A stretch of DNA of 64,000 nt from assembly GCA_031272765.1 (NCBI GenBank), contig JAISTD010000123.1, positions 323 to 64,322 of the forward strand, written 5' to 3'. Each line of letters opens with the position of its first letter. Positions within the stretch are counted from its first letter, which is position 1. Positions 1-9,898 of this stretch are shown here, piece by piece. Made by a program: the position numbers and the translations under genes. The DNA is from Candidatus Methanovirga australis. GTDB lineage: Archaea > Methanobacteriota > Methanobacteria > Methanobacteriales > Methanobacteriaceae. A model generated the notes under the pieces. The model was given only the letters and a program-made list of their open reading frames with translations, was not told the DNA's origin and did not search any database.

Positions 1-171
1 AAATCATTAAATATTATGCTCATGTATACTTATCATTGCAAAAAAAAAAAATATTAGTTTGAATACTTCTTCATAAAAGTTTTTGTTGAAAATTAAGGAA
101 AGATTTTTTTATTAATATGTATTTAGAAAGATTTTTCTTGGATATTCCACGAAATACATCTAAAAATGACC

Positions 172-980
172 TTAATAAAGAATTCTTATTTTCACAATTA
201 TTATTATGTGCAATACCATTAATATATTCTCTTTTAGAATGATTAGCCCACTCATGACAATTTTATGAGTAAATAGACCTTTACACATCGTATAATCATT
301 TGAAAAAACTTGTATTGGTTCATTACAGTACTTTGAAATTAATTCTCCAATTAATTTCTTTGAAAGATTAGGAACTACTTTAAAAATTACTTTTCCAGTA
401 GATTTCGAAACCATTGAGATAATCGGTGACTTATTTTTTCATAAGCTCCTCTACCTCTTAGTTTCAATCATTTTTTTTCGTGGAGGATCTTCTACTGGAT
501 ATTTTTTAGCTCCTTTACTTCCAGTGGAAATGTACTTCATCAAATCAATATCTCCAGTTAATCTGGAGGTTCATAGTTATTTTCAAGATTAACTCTCATT
601 AAATTAGCAATGCGAGCGATTGTCTTACATAAATAGGGTAATTCTTTAGATATAATGTTCACTCTTTTGAATGGTAAATTGAAGAAATATAGAATACTAC
701 ATTCATAGAAACTTTAGTTTTATGGAAAATCGTTCCAGTAAAATCACTGAAGTTCAAGTCATTCTTTACAAGAGTAATATCTGGTTTTAAATGGTGATCC
801 ACAATTACAGATATTATAGCTCTTACATTTTGGATAATGAATTCTTTCAGACCATCTTATTTGGAACATATTCATACAATTTCTCAAAAGGCAACATATA
901 TAATGATTTAAAGTTTTTGGTGACATATAATAAAATATTTTGATTATAGTATATACATTTGCAATGATACATATATACAT
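172..980 (-). pseudogene. IS1595-family (ISXO2-like) DDE transposase, broken by frameshifts and stops
   Basis: ORF 759-980 has a Zn-ribbon-like N-terminus (CKSYNICNCGSPFKTRYYSCKE). ORF 172-414 resembles the IS1595 C-terminal region (VVPNLSKKLIGELISKYCNEPIQVFSNDYTMCKGL then H-K-I-V...). The 415-758 stretch between them has no continuous frame. Confidence 0.5.
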
Positions 981-1288
981 GATCGAACAATTTAATATCT
1001 TAATAATTAATTAAAACTAAAAAATTAGTAGTGTAGAAATTAAAATTGTAAAATATGAATAAAACATATTAAAATCTAAAATTTATCAATTAGGAGAATA
1101 TTAACCGTGTTTAAAATAAAATTACTAAACAACAGCTACAAAAATTATAGTGAAATATTTTAAAATAAGGATTCATATTAAATCAAATTTTTGAATATTT
1201 TTAGTATTAAAACTTTAAAATAGTTATTACAATTCAAATATATAAAATTGTAATTAAGAATAATATATTAATAATTTTAGTGACATGC

Positions 1289-1570
1289 ATGAATAGAACT
1301 CAAATACTAATAAAAAAAATTGCATTAATAAAAGCATCAAGATATAGAAACTCCATTTTATTTTCTATAGGATATAACATTAAAACTCCATCAGAGATAT
1401 CTAAAGAAGTGAACATCCGAATTAATCATGTGAGTAAAGTTCTCAAAGAATTGAAAAATGAAAACATTGTAAAATGTTTAAATGAAGAAAGAACAAAGGG
1501 AAGGCTGTACCAACTTACTGAAGAAGGAGAAGAAATTTTAAGTTTTTTAGAATCTAACTTAACATCATGA
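1289..1570 (+). CDS. small winged-helix (ArsR/MarR-like) transcriptional regulator
   Basis: HTH-like segment TPSEISKEVNIRINHVSKVLKELKNENIVKCL followed by a wing (RTKGRLYQLTEEGEEIL). The ATG at 1289 is preferred over the GTG at 1280. The 3' end converges on and overlaps alaS by 6 nt. Confidence 0.6.
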   Translation: MNRTQILIKKIALIKASRYRNSILFSIGYNIKTPSEISKEVNIRINHVSKVLKELKNENIVKCLNEERTKGRLYQLTEEGEEILSFLESNLTS

Positions 1571-4309
1571 AGATTCCAACAACTTATCTAATGAATCAAA
1601 GGTTTTTTGAATTTCAGAAATTTTGGATATGGAACCTTGAGCAAGAGTCTCTTTTCCACCTCCTCCACCTCCAAGTTCATTAGTTAACCCTTTCATGATA
1701 ATATTTGCTTTAAATCCTCTTTCGACAGCTGTTATAGAAGAAGAAACAGTTATTTTTCCATTATTATTTGCTAAAATCACAATATCCGCCTTATTCTCGT
1801 CGGTTAAAACAGTGGCTATTTTTTGCAATTCTTTAATATCTGTATCTAAAATAGAAGATAATAAATCTAGATCTTTGAATTTAAAAATATTATCTTCTAA
1901 ATCTCTAATTTTAAGTTTAGATATCTCTAATTTTAATTTTTTAATTTCATTTTTAAAAGACTTCCACTCTTTAAAGAATCTATCACATGTTTTTGGTAAT
2001 AAATCAGAAGTAACATTAAAAATTGAACTACTTTCTCTTAAATAATTATCACTCTCTTGCATAGATAATATTGCAGATATTCCTGCTGAAAAATCTATCC
2101 TTTCAACACCATCTTGAACTCTTTCAGTTTTATTAATTCTAATAAGCCCAATATCTCCAGTTTGAAGAACATGAGTTCCACCACAAGCCTGAACATCAAT
2201 AAAATTTTGAATAAAGTCAGACCCACATACCTTAACAACCCTAATCACTGACCCTGGAACCACTCCCCCCTGATAAAGAGTCAAACCATAAGTACTTTCT
2301 GCCTCATTCCTGCTCATAAATTGAATATCTACATCCAAATTCTCCATGACAAATTCATTAACTATTTTCTCGATATCATTAATTTCAGACTGTGAAATAC
2401 GTTTATAGTGAGATAAATCAATACGAGAATGTTTCAATCCTTTTTGAGCACCTTCTTGCCAAATATGATCACCTAAAACATTTTTAGCAGCGGCAATTAT
2501 AAGATGAGTAGCAGTATGATTTCTTGCAAGTGTAATTCTCCTTGACCAATCAACAATACACTCTACAATTGAATTTATCTTATCAACGAAGAATTCAACA
2601 TTTAAATCCGTGTCTATCTTATGTAAAACAATATCATCGACCTTTTTAGCATGGATAATCTCTAATTCTAAATCATTGACAATTATTTTTCCAATATCTG
2701 ATGGTTGTCCTCCACCCTCAGGATAAAAAGCCGTTCTATCCAAAACTAAATAAATCACATCACTAATACTCTCAACACCAATAATTTTAGCAGTGAAATC
2801 AGATTTTTCAAAGTCTTCATAGAAAACAAGTTCAGTTTTAGGATAATCAATATCCAAAGAATCCACTTTATCCTGAACATTAGTAATATGAGAATCAGCT
2901 ATTAAAGTAAAGAAATTATCAGGAATATTAACCTTAAAATTTTTCTCAAAAGCAATTTCAGCCACCCTCTCAGGTGGCATGCCATGAGCATCATAAAGAT
3001 CCATAAGTGTCTCTAATGGCATTTCATCCTTATTAGATTTTTTAAGAGTTTTAATTATTCTCTCTACAATACGCTCCCCTTTTCCAATAGTTTTGAAATA
3101 TCTTAACTCTTCAATATTAATAATATTCATTATATATTCTTTTTGCTCATTGATTTCATCATACTCACTTGACAAAAACTTCAACTGAATATCCATAATA
3201 TCAGAAAGGGAATGCCTTAAATTGAGTTCCTTAATAAATCTAATAGTTCTCCTAATAATTAATCTTGCCAAATAACCTTCTTTAACATTAGAAGGTATAA
3301 TTCCATCCGCTAACATAAAAGTCAAACATCGAGTGTGATCTGCAATAATATAAATAGCTTCCATAGGTCCAGTTGAACTTAACAAATCATCAATAGACAT
3401 GTCTAATTTATCTGCAACCTTTTCTCTAAGTAATCGAATATCAGCGAAAGTCTCAATATCCATCATACCAGCCAACTGAGCATTCGCAGATAAAATATCT
3501 TCACTAACATCGATCATGGCTAAACTCTTCAAATTATCTATTACTGGAGCAAAACAAGCATCATAAGCAGTTGGTGTTCCTTGAGAAATCCAAGCTATTC
3601 TTTCCAAACCATAGCCAGTGTCGATTGTTTTGTTTGGTATTTCTTCCACATTACCATTAGCAAGAACCCTATACTCCATGAAAACTAAAGTAGCAAGTTC
3701 CACGCCCCTAACACAAACTTCATAACAAGCCCCAGCATTCCCACCGCCTTCCCACCAAGCATCAATGAAAGTAATTTCATCAGGATTTACACCGATGCTA
3801 ACAAAAAAATCATGGCAAAGTCTAACAGTCTCATCCTTCCAGTAAATCTCCTTGTATTCATTATTAAAAGCATGATGAGCACCCATAGTAAAACAAGTCA
3901 TATGTCTACCAGTTCTACCAACATTATCAACATCATTTAAACGAATTGATGGTTGTGCAATAGCAAGAGGATTAGCAGGAGGATCAACTAAACCAGATGT
4001 AACCCATGGTTGAAAGTCATAAATTGAAGCTCCGACTAAAAAAACATCATCTCTCCATCTTTTAGCCAGAACTGGATAACGTGACACAGGAGTATGTCCT
4101 CTACTTTCAAAAAATTCTATAAATCTTTTTTGAATTTCATGAAGATCATAGCTATTCTCTGTTGCAGGGTTTCCAATAAAACTATACTCATCACAAGGAG
4201 CATCTCCACAAGTATCCCTTTTAGCCATCGACCAAAAATCTCTTCCACAAGTCACACACTTATATTTCTTATAACCCAAATTGATTAATCCTTTTGACAT
4301 AATAATCAT
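1565..4309 (-). CDS. alaS: alanyl-tRNA synthetase (archaeal type)
   Basis: 914 aa with an N-terminal Zn-binding CVTCGRDFWS, an editing-domain HTATHL...CGGTH, and a C-terminal DHHA1-like GGGGGGK. An alternative ATG lies at 4300. Confidence 0.96.
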   Translation of the reverse strand: MIIMSKGLINLGYKKYKCVTCGRDFWSMAKRDTCGDAPCDEYSFIGNPATENSYDLHEIQKRFIEFFESRGHTPVSRYPVLAKRWRDDVFLVGASIYDFQPWVTSGLVDPPANPLAIAQPSIRLNDVDNVGRTGRHMTCFTMGAHHAFNNEYKEIYWKDETVRLCHDFFVSIGVNPDEITFIDAWWEGGGNAGACYEVCVRGVELATLVFMEYRVLANGNVEEIPNKTIDTGYGLERIAWISQGTPTAYDACFAPVIDNLKSLAMIDVSEDILSANAQLAGMMDIETFADIRLLREKVADKLDMSIDDLLSSTGPMEAIYIIADHTRCLTFMLADGIIPSNVKEGYLARLIIRRTIRFIKELNLRHSLSDIMDIQLKFLSSEYDEINEQKEYIMNIINIEELRYFKTIGKGERIVERIIKTLKKSNKDEMPLETLMDLYDAHGMPPERVAEIAFEKNFKVNIPDNFFTLIADSHITNVQDKVDSLDIDYPKTELVFYEDFEKSDFTAKIIGVESISDVIYLVLDRTAFYPEGGGQPSDIGKIIVNDLELEIIHAKKVDDIVLHKIDTDLNVEFFVDKINSIVECIVDWSRRITLARNHTATHLIIAAAKNVLGDHIWQEGAQKGLKHSRIDLSHYKRISQSEINDIEKIVNEFVMENLDVDIQFMSRNEAESTYGLTLYQGGVVPGSVIRVVKVCGSDFIQNFIDVQACGGTHVLQTGDIGLIRINKTERVQDGVERIDFSAGISAILSMQESDNYLRESSSIFNVTSDLLPKTCDRFFKEWKSFKNEIKKLKLEISKLKIRDLEDNIFKFKDLDLLSSILDTDIKELQKIATVLTDENKADIVILANNNGKITVSSSITAVERGFKANIIMKGLTNELGGGGGGKETLAQGSISKISEIQKTFDSLDKLLESS

Positions 4310-4597
4310 TTTATTTACTTACTACAATTTTAATTATATATTGATTATCGGCACATGAAACTTTATGGATTCTGGGTATTGGAAATAAAAAATTTAATTA
4401 AAAAAAATTTTCTATATATACCTATCTAAAACTCATTTGCATGAAATTGAAATTCCAAAAACCCAAATTTCTGTTTTGATTTTACATGCCAAACTATATG
4501 AATTAGTGATAATAACATAAAAATGGGCTTCATGAGTAATTCATGGCACTATTACATTAGTATAGTATTATTTGATCATAAGAATCAGTTTTTATAA

Positions 4598-4783
4598 TTA
4601 ATTCTGTTCTGTCATTAACAGAATTATAACCTGATAAATTATGTTTAGAAACACCTCTAAATATTCTAAAAAATCTTCGAATGAATATATACCTATTTTC
4701 ATCACTGTTAACATTGAATCTTTTCCATTCACATATTCTCTTTCACCATGGTTAACAGTTTGATGATTAATAAACTTTTCCAT
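4598..4783 (-). pseudogene. C-terminal fragment of an IS1595-family transposase
   Basis: HQTVNHGEREYVNGKD matches the conserved H-x-TVNHS-x-EYV block of ISXO2-like transposases. The rest (..GVSKHNLSGY..) continues in another frame. There is no N-terminal part. Confidence 0.4.
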
Positions 4784-4948
4784 GTATTAATTAAATTGTT
4801 ATATAATACTATAATTCATCTGTGAAGTATTGAAACCTTATTTTTAACGGTTTTATTCACGATTTTTGAATACTATTGTCTCTAAGATTTTTTAAGTACT
4901 ATAAAATATTGTGTACTTAGTTTTTCATATTGAACTAATTGTGAAAAG

Positions 4949-5177
4949 AGATTGTCAAAAAGTGTGGAGGTTTTCGTGAAAATCCATGTTTTATATAAAC
5001 GAAAATAAAGAAAACTCCGTTTTCTAAGTTCCTCACTTTGTTCGGAACTAACGGGGGCTTCGTTTCCTAAATTTCTCACTTTGCTCGAAATAAAAAATTT
5101 TCTAAATTCAAAATAAAAAATTTTATAATTAAAGAAATCATGAAAAATGAAAAACCTCCACAAAAGTTTACAACCTC
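4949..5177 (+). mobile_element. MITE family A, copy 1 (229 bp)
   Basis: Imperfect TIRs: AGATTGTCAAAAAGTGTGGAGGTTTTC, and on the right end GAGGTTGTAAACTTTTGTGGAGGTTTTTC (reverse complement). Flanking 9-bp duplication is TGTGAAAAG (4940-4948) and TGTGAAAAT (5178-5186). A second copy lies at 21758-22027. Confidence 0.7.
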
Positions 5178-5588
5178 TGTGAAAATATGGTGGTTTATAC
5201 AGCTGCATATGTATAACCTCTACCTCTTCTTTCAGTGCTTTTTTTCTTGGAAATAGTTATTTATTAATAAGAATAAGAGGATTTATTTATTAATAAATTT
5301 AAAATTTTAATAATAAAAATAATGTATTATTAATAAGAGTCTGTCCAACAATTATGAAATTTGAGCAATATAGATAAATATAGATGTAACTATTTTTTTT
5401 AGGATGAATTTATAAACTGTCAATTTGGGAAAACCCACTTAAATTTACAGTGCATAATCTACACCAATTATTATCTAAAAACCATTCATATTATTTTAAT
5501 TGCATATTTATTTAGAAAAGTAACAATAAGATCAAATCTTTGATGTATCAATATATATATGAATGTTTTTAATTATAATATATCATAT

Positions 5589-7202
5589 TTAAACAATTTC
5601 ATTTATATATGATTTTAGAATTGAATCTTTATTAACAATTGTAGGTAATTTTGTTGAAGTTATTGATTTACCTGGACTAACTACTTTAACAAATAAACTA
5701 TCACGATAACCTGATTTCATAATATATAACCTATTTAATTCTAATTTTAAATCGTTTTTTAAATTCTTAATTAAGTTTTCTCTAAATTCTAATTTGTTGA
5801 AATCAGCACCACTATGTTCAATAATATAAGAAACACTTTTTTTATCATCTGAAGGAATTACTTGGAAAAAACTAATAAATTCATTAGAATCTTTTTCAGT
5901 TTTTTTTATTACATGATCAAACTGATTAGCAAAAAAAGTGACATTGTTACAAACAGTGTTTTCACTTGCTTTACATTCAAATTCAATATTTGGTGTTTTA
6001 AAAGTTTCACCTTTAAACGAAACAATATCATGAAGATTATAACGATACAATCCAGAATAAGTACTTATTACTATTTCATATAATTTACTCATATCTACTT
6101 CTTCTAAGGTTACTATCTCTCCACCATCAATTGGTAAAAATTCAAAAAATGCTGAAAAAGGAGCTATTGGTCCTGCAGAAATATTTGCTTCAAAAGGCAC
6201 ATTAAATTTTCCTTCACTTGCACCATAACCCCATTCTAAAAAATTCACATCCTCACTTAAATTTCTTTTAATGTCTATTGCACATCTGCCTACACTTGAG
6301 GAAAGCCAACACCCAACAGTTTTAAAATTAGGCCAAATATCTTCAACTTTAAGCTCCCCTTTATCTAAATAAATTTCTCTAAGTTCTCTAACTCTTTCTT
6401 TAGTATCTGGAAGTTTAGATATTAATATTTCTTTTAAAGAGGAGTCAATATCTAAAGAAATAGTATGATCATCTAAATCATCAATCATTTTAGAAGTATT
6501 ATTTCTAATTTTTTTAAGTAAAAAATTAAAATGGGCTAAATTATTGCATATAACTGCAGTAAGATTTTTTGAAGCTAAAGCAAATAAAGCCATTAAATAA
6601 TCTTTATCTTCATTATAAATATCTTTTGCTTGAATTAATTCTTTAGGTAAAATGATTTTAATATTAGAATCCTCATATGTGCTAAGTCCCTGACCAGATG
6701 CTGCCATAATAGGAATTCCTCCTTCAGTAAACCCATAGTCTGAAGAATTTGTAATTCCTAAAACAGGAGGATTATTTAATAAACTTGGGCAAATCTTAGT
6801 TAATTGTATTGATCTAAGTTTCATTACAAGATTTTTAGTTAAAATTCCTCTTTCACTATCAGGGAAATATTTCATATGTCCTGTGGTTCCTGAAGAAACT
6901 ACAAAAGAATGAGTTGAACCATTGAAGAGAATATCACTTTTTCCTTTTTTCATTTTTTCAATATCATCCAAATAATCAGAATAATTGGAAATTGAAACAT
7001 TTTTTTGAAACTCTTCAATTGATTTAATTTCATCAAAAGAATGTTTAATCCCAAATTCAGAGGATTTTCCATATTTTAAAATATCAAACAAAATTTCCTT
7101 TTGAACTTTATAAGGATCTTTTAAAAATTCTTGGAATTTCCCATATAATTTTAATTCATCTAATTCATTTAATGATTCTGGAATACTTCTATTAAAACCC
7201 AT
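5589..7202 (-). CDS. GH3-family adenylate-forming acyl acid-amido synthetase homologue
   Basis: GH3 motifs are present: SSGTTGHMKYFP, GYGASEG and YRYNLHDIV. Length is 537 aa. Confidence 0.85.
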   Translation of the reverse strand: MGFNRSIPESLNELDELKLYGKFQEFLKDPYKVQKEILFDILKYGKSSEFGIKHSFDEIKSIEEFQKNVSISNYSDYLDDIEKMKKGKSDILFNGSTHSFVVSSGTTGHMKYFPDSERGILTKNLVMKLRSIQLTKICPSLLNNPPVLGITNSSDYGFTEGGIPIMAASGQGLSTYEDSNIKIILPKELIQAKDIYNEDKDYLMALFALASKNLTAVICNNLAHFNFLLKKIRNNTSKMIDDLDDHTISLDIDSSLKEILISKLPDTKERVRELREIYLDKGELKVEDIWPNFKTVGCWLSSSVGRCAIDIKRNLSEDVNFLEWGYGASEGKFNVPFEANISAGPIAPFSAFFEFLPIDGGEIVTLEEVDMSKLYEIVISTYSGLYRYNLHDIVSFKGETFKTPNIEFECKASENTVCNNVTFFANQFDHVIKKTEKDSNEFISFFQVIPSDDKKSVSYIIEHSGADFNKLEFRENLIKNLKNDLKLELNRLYIMKSGYRDSLFVKVVSPGKSITSTKLPTIVNKDSILKSYINEIV

Positions 7203-7362
7203 TTAAAAACCCCTTATCTAATGAGAATTTCTATAAACCTCTTAATCTTTATAAATAAACTGATATGAAACACTCTCTTATTTTTAATATTTATTAACAC
7301 CATTATCAATTAATAAAATATAATATAAATACATCAATGGGTTTAATAATAAAATTAAATTT

Positions 7363-9066
7363 CTACTCTTCAATTAATGCAAAGAAAAATCTTCTTTGAG
7401 CTTCATTTACAATTACTCTTGGAGGTTTCAATTGATTTGAAGACACACCTTTAGTTATCATTAAATCCCTATATAATAAATAAGTTTCTTTTTGTAAAAG
7501 ATGTACTTGTGTTTTACCAAGAATATTCTTTTTAATTTTATCACCATAGGATAAATTAAGTTTAGATAATTTTTCCTCTATTGAATCACGAATATCTTCT
7601 TTAGATACTTTATCTGGATTTTCATTAATTTCTAAAAAGAAAACATAAGATGCAGGTGATGAATCATGATCAGGATACATCGAAAATTCCATTAAATCTA
7701 TATTAAATTCTTTCATAGTTCTTTGAACAGCTTCCCTTAAAGCAACTTCAGTAGTTTTCTCACCAGCCAAACTAACATTTTGACTGACCCTATATAAGAA
7801 TTGAACTAATGGCATGTCATTATAACGACCAGTTACACGAATAGCATCACCCATTTTATACCTATAAAATCCTGAAAGATTAGTGATTATTATTTCATAA
7901 ATTTCCCCATCTTCTATTTGATCAATTGTCAAATACTCTTCACCATTAATAGGTCTAAATTCAAAAAAACAAGAATCAGGTACCAACGCCGAATCGGGCG
8001 AATTAATATCAATAGGTGATGAAAAAACGCCTTCTGAAGAAGCAATTCCGTATAAAACTAAATTTAAATCTTCACCAGCATATTTTTCTTTAATTTTGTT
8101 GGTATAATTATCAAATCCTCCCGTACCAATTCCAACGAGTGCTTTCATTTTAGGCCATAATTTTGGGATAATTGGTTCACTAAAACCTTCATTAAATATT
8201 TTTGTCAATTCTTCAGCTCTCTGAGGCATTGCTTGAATTCTTGTCGATAAACTTTCCCTAACCGTACTAGACATGTTAATTTCATCATTAATTGTTCCAT
8301 TATTTATATCATCTACAAGCAATTTCCAATTTTCTTCAATATACACCAATAACTCAACAAAAGCACTGTAAAATGGTGACAAAGTATAGCTAATATCTCT
8401 ATCCATTAAAGCAAATCTTGCAATTATATATCTAACATCAGTATCTGGTTCTGGAAAAAAGGCTTCTGGTGGAGAAGTATATAATAACTGAAGTATTTTT
8501 TCATATCCCCCCAATTCTTCTCCAAGTGTTAATAATGCCTTTGTAGATATTGCTCCATAAGTTATTTTAGGTTTTATTTCTTTTAAGGAAAAATCAGCAA
8601 TATTTAATACCCTCCCATTAATCCAATCTAAACCTAATTTATCCCCCATTAAAGCCATTATATTATCTGCTCCATGTTTAAGAAATACTTCTTGACCTGG
8701 AATAGAGCAAGGTATCTTTTTAGGGTTACCTAATGTTCCAGAAGATTTAGAATAATGATCTACTTTATTAACAGTGATTAGACCATCCATATCATCGATT
8801 ATCATAGATAATATATATTCAATATAGTCATCATATTCTGTTAACGGGACCTTGGATTGATATTCTTCAATAGATTTAATATGACTAAAATCGTACTTTT
8901 GTCCATACTCAGTATTTTTATTCTCATCTAATATTTTAAATAATAATTCTTCATTATATTTAATTGGATCTTCTGTCATTTTTAAAAGATTTTCACGAAC
9001 TTCTTTACCATCCTTATATTTTTGCATGAAGACTTTTCCAGCAACGGACAAATCATTGATGTTCAT
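7363..9066 (-). CDS. GH3-family adenylate-forming acyl acid-amido synthetase homologue (divergent paralogue)
   Basis: Motifs SSGTLGNPKKIP, YGIASSEG and YRYKMGDAIRV. Length is 567 aa. An SD GGTGA precedes the ATG. Confidence 0.85.
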   Translation of the reverse strand: MNINDLSVAGKVFMQKYKDGKEVRENLLKMTEDPIKYNEELLFKILDENKNTEYGQKYDFSHIKSIEEYQSKVPLTEYDDYIEYILSMIIDDMDGLITVNKVDHYSKSSGTLGNPKKIPCSIPGQEVFLKHGADNIMALMGDKLGLDWINGRVLNIADFSLKEIKPKITYGAISTKALLTLGEELGGYEKILQLLYTSPPEAFFPEPDTDVRYIIARFALMDRDISYTLSPFYSAFVELLVYIEENWKLLVDDINNGTINDEINMSSTVRESLSTRIQAMPQRAEELTKIFNEGFSEPIIPKLWPKMKALVGIGTGGFDNYTNKIKEKYAGEDLNLVLYGIASSEGVFSSPIDINSPDSALVPDSCFFEFRPINGEEYLTIDQIEDGEIYEIIITNLSGFYRYKMGDAIRVTGRYNDMPLVQFLYRVSQNVSLAGEKTTEVALREAVQRTMKEFNIDLMEFSMYPDHDSSPASYVFFLEINENPDKVSKEDIRDSIEEKLSKLNLSYGDKIKKNILGKTQVHLLQKETYLLYRDLMITKGVSSNQLKPPRVIVNEAQRRFFFALIEE

Positions 9067-9154
9067 AGTATCACCACTAATACAATATTAAATTAAATTT
9101 ACACAGATAAAGTTAGTAGTTAATATGTTGATAAATATTAACTAAGTACAAAAT

Positions 9155-9451
9155 TTATTCTATAGTTAAAATGTCTGTAAATCCAGTAGCATCAAAAACC
9201 TCCATGATAAATTCATTAACATTTTTAATTACCATGGTTCCTTGTTTATTCATCAATTTTTGTGTGGAAAGAATAATTCTAAGTCCTGAACTGGAGATAT
9301 AATTTAATCCTTCAAAATCAAATATTAACTCACTTACATTTGGAAGATCATTTTTTAATGCATCATTTAACTCTGGAGAAGATTTAGTATCTAATCTACC
9401 AGAAACTTTAACCACTATCTTTTTACCTTCAACATTTTTTTCAATATCCAT
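9155..9451 (-). CDS. STAS-domain protein (SpoIIAA/RsbV-type anti-anti-sigma antagonist)
   Basis: A 98-aa single domain with GRLD and a conserved phospho-serine context, NYISSSGLRIIL. An SD AGGTG lies upstream. Confidence 0.85.
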   Translation of the reverse strand: MDIEKNVEGKKIVVKVSGRLDTKSSPELNDALKNDLPNVSELIFDFEGLNYISSSGLRIILSTQKLMNKQGTMVIKNVNEFIMEVFDATGFTDILTIE

Positions 9452-9898
9452 TAATAAACACCTACTATCAAATTATAGTCTTAGAAAAATTTTTTATAAT
9501 TTATGAGTTAATCTAAAATGTCTTATTTTATATAATTATCATTATACTCACTTAATTTTTAAAAATATATTTAAAATATTTTTATTTTTAAGAATTATTA
9601 ATTGTAATAGTTTTATTAATTAAATAAGTTATAATAACATTTCAGAAATTATTGTCACTTACAAACTTTAGTTCCAAGCCTATAAGAAAATTTTGATACA
9701 TATAATAACTATTTTATATTTCAACATTTATATATTAATGTTTTAAATAAGATATTAAAATAGTATTCAATACAATCCATGAATGATTTTATGAATTAAA
9801 GAGGAAGTGTAATACATAATTTTAATTCATTGAATAAGTATTACAAAACAGTTGACCTGATAGTAATAGAGAGAATTACAAAAATAGCTTTGTAAAGC

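Noticed and set aside
1695-2045. Antisense ORFs inside long genes (for example 1695-2045, 25814-26221, 41273-41677, 29784-30119, 31417-31737, 22151-22880)
   Set aside because: All are fully embedded in strongly supported genes on the opposite strand and have S/I/F/L-rich shadow-frame composition with no motifs. They are typical antisense open frames.
4882-5208. 108-aa ORF on the minus strand
   Set aside because: It runs through MITE-A copy 1 and its TIRs. The sequence is low-complexity and F/K-rich, with no SD and no family resemblance. It is an artefact of the repeat.
9796-9835. 10-bp-stem inverted repeat (ATGAATTAAA ... TTTAATTCAT) downstream of the PP2C gene as a terminator
   Set aside because: It is pure A/T with a 19-nt loop and is easily produced by chance in this composition. 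Archaeal termination relies mainly on oligo-T tracts, which are everywhere here.
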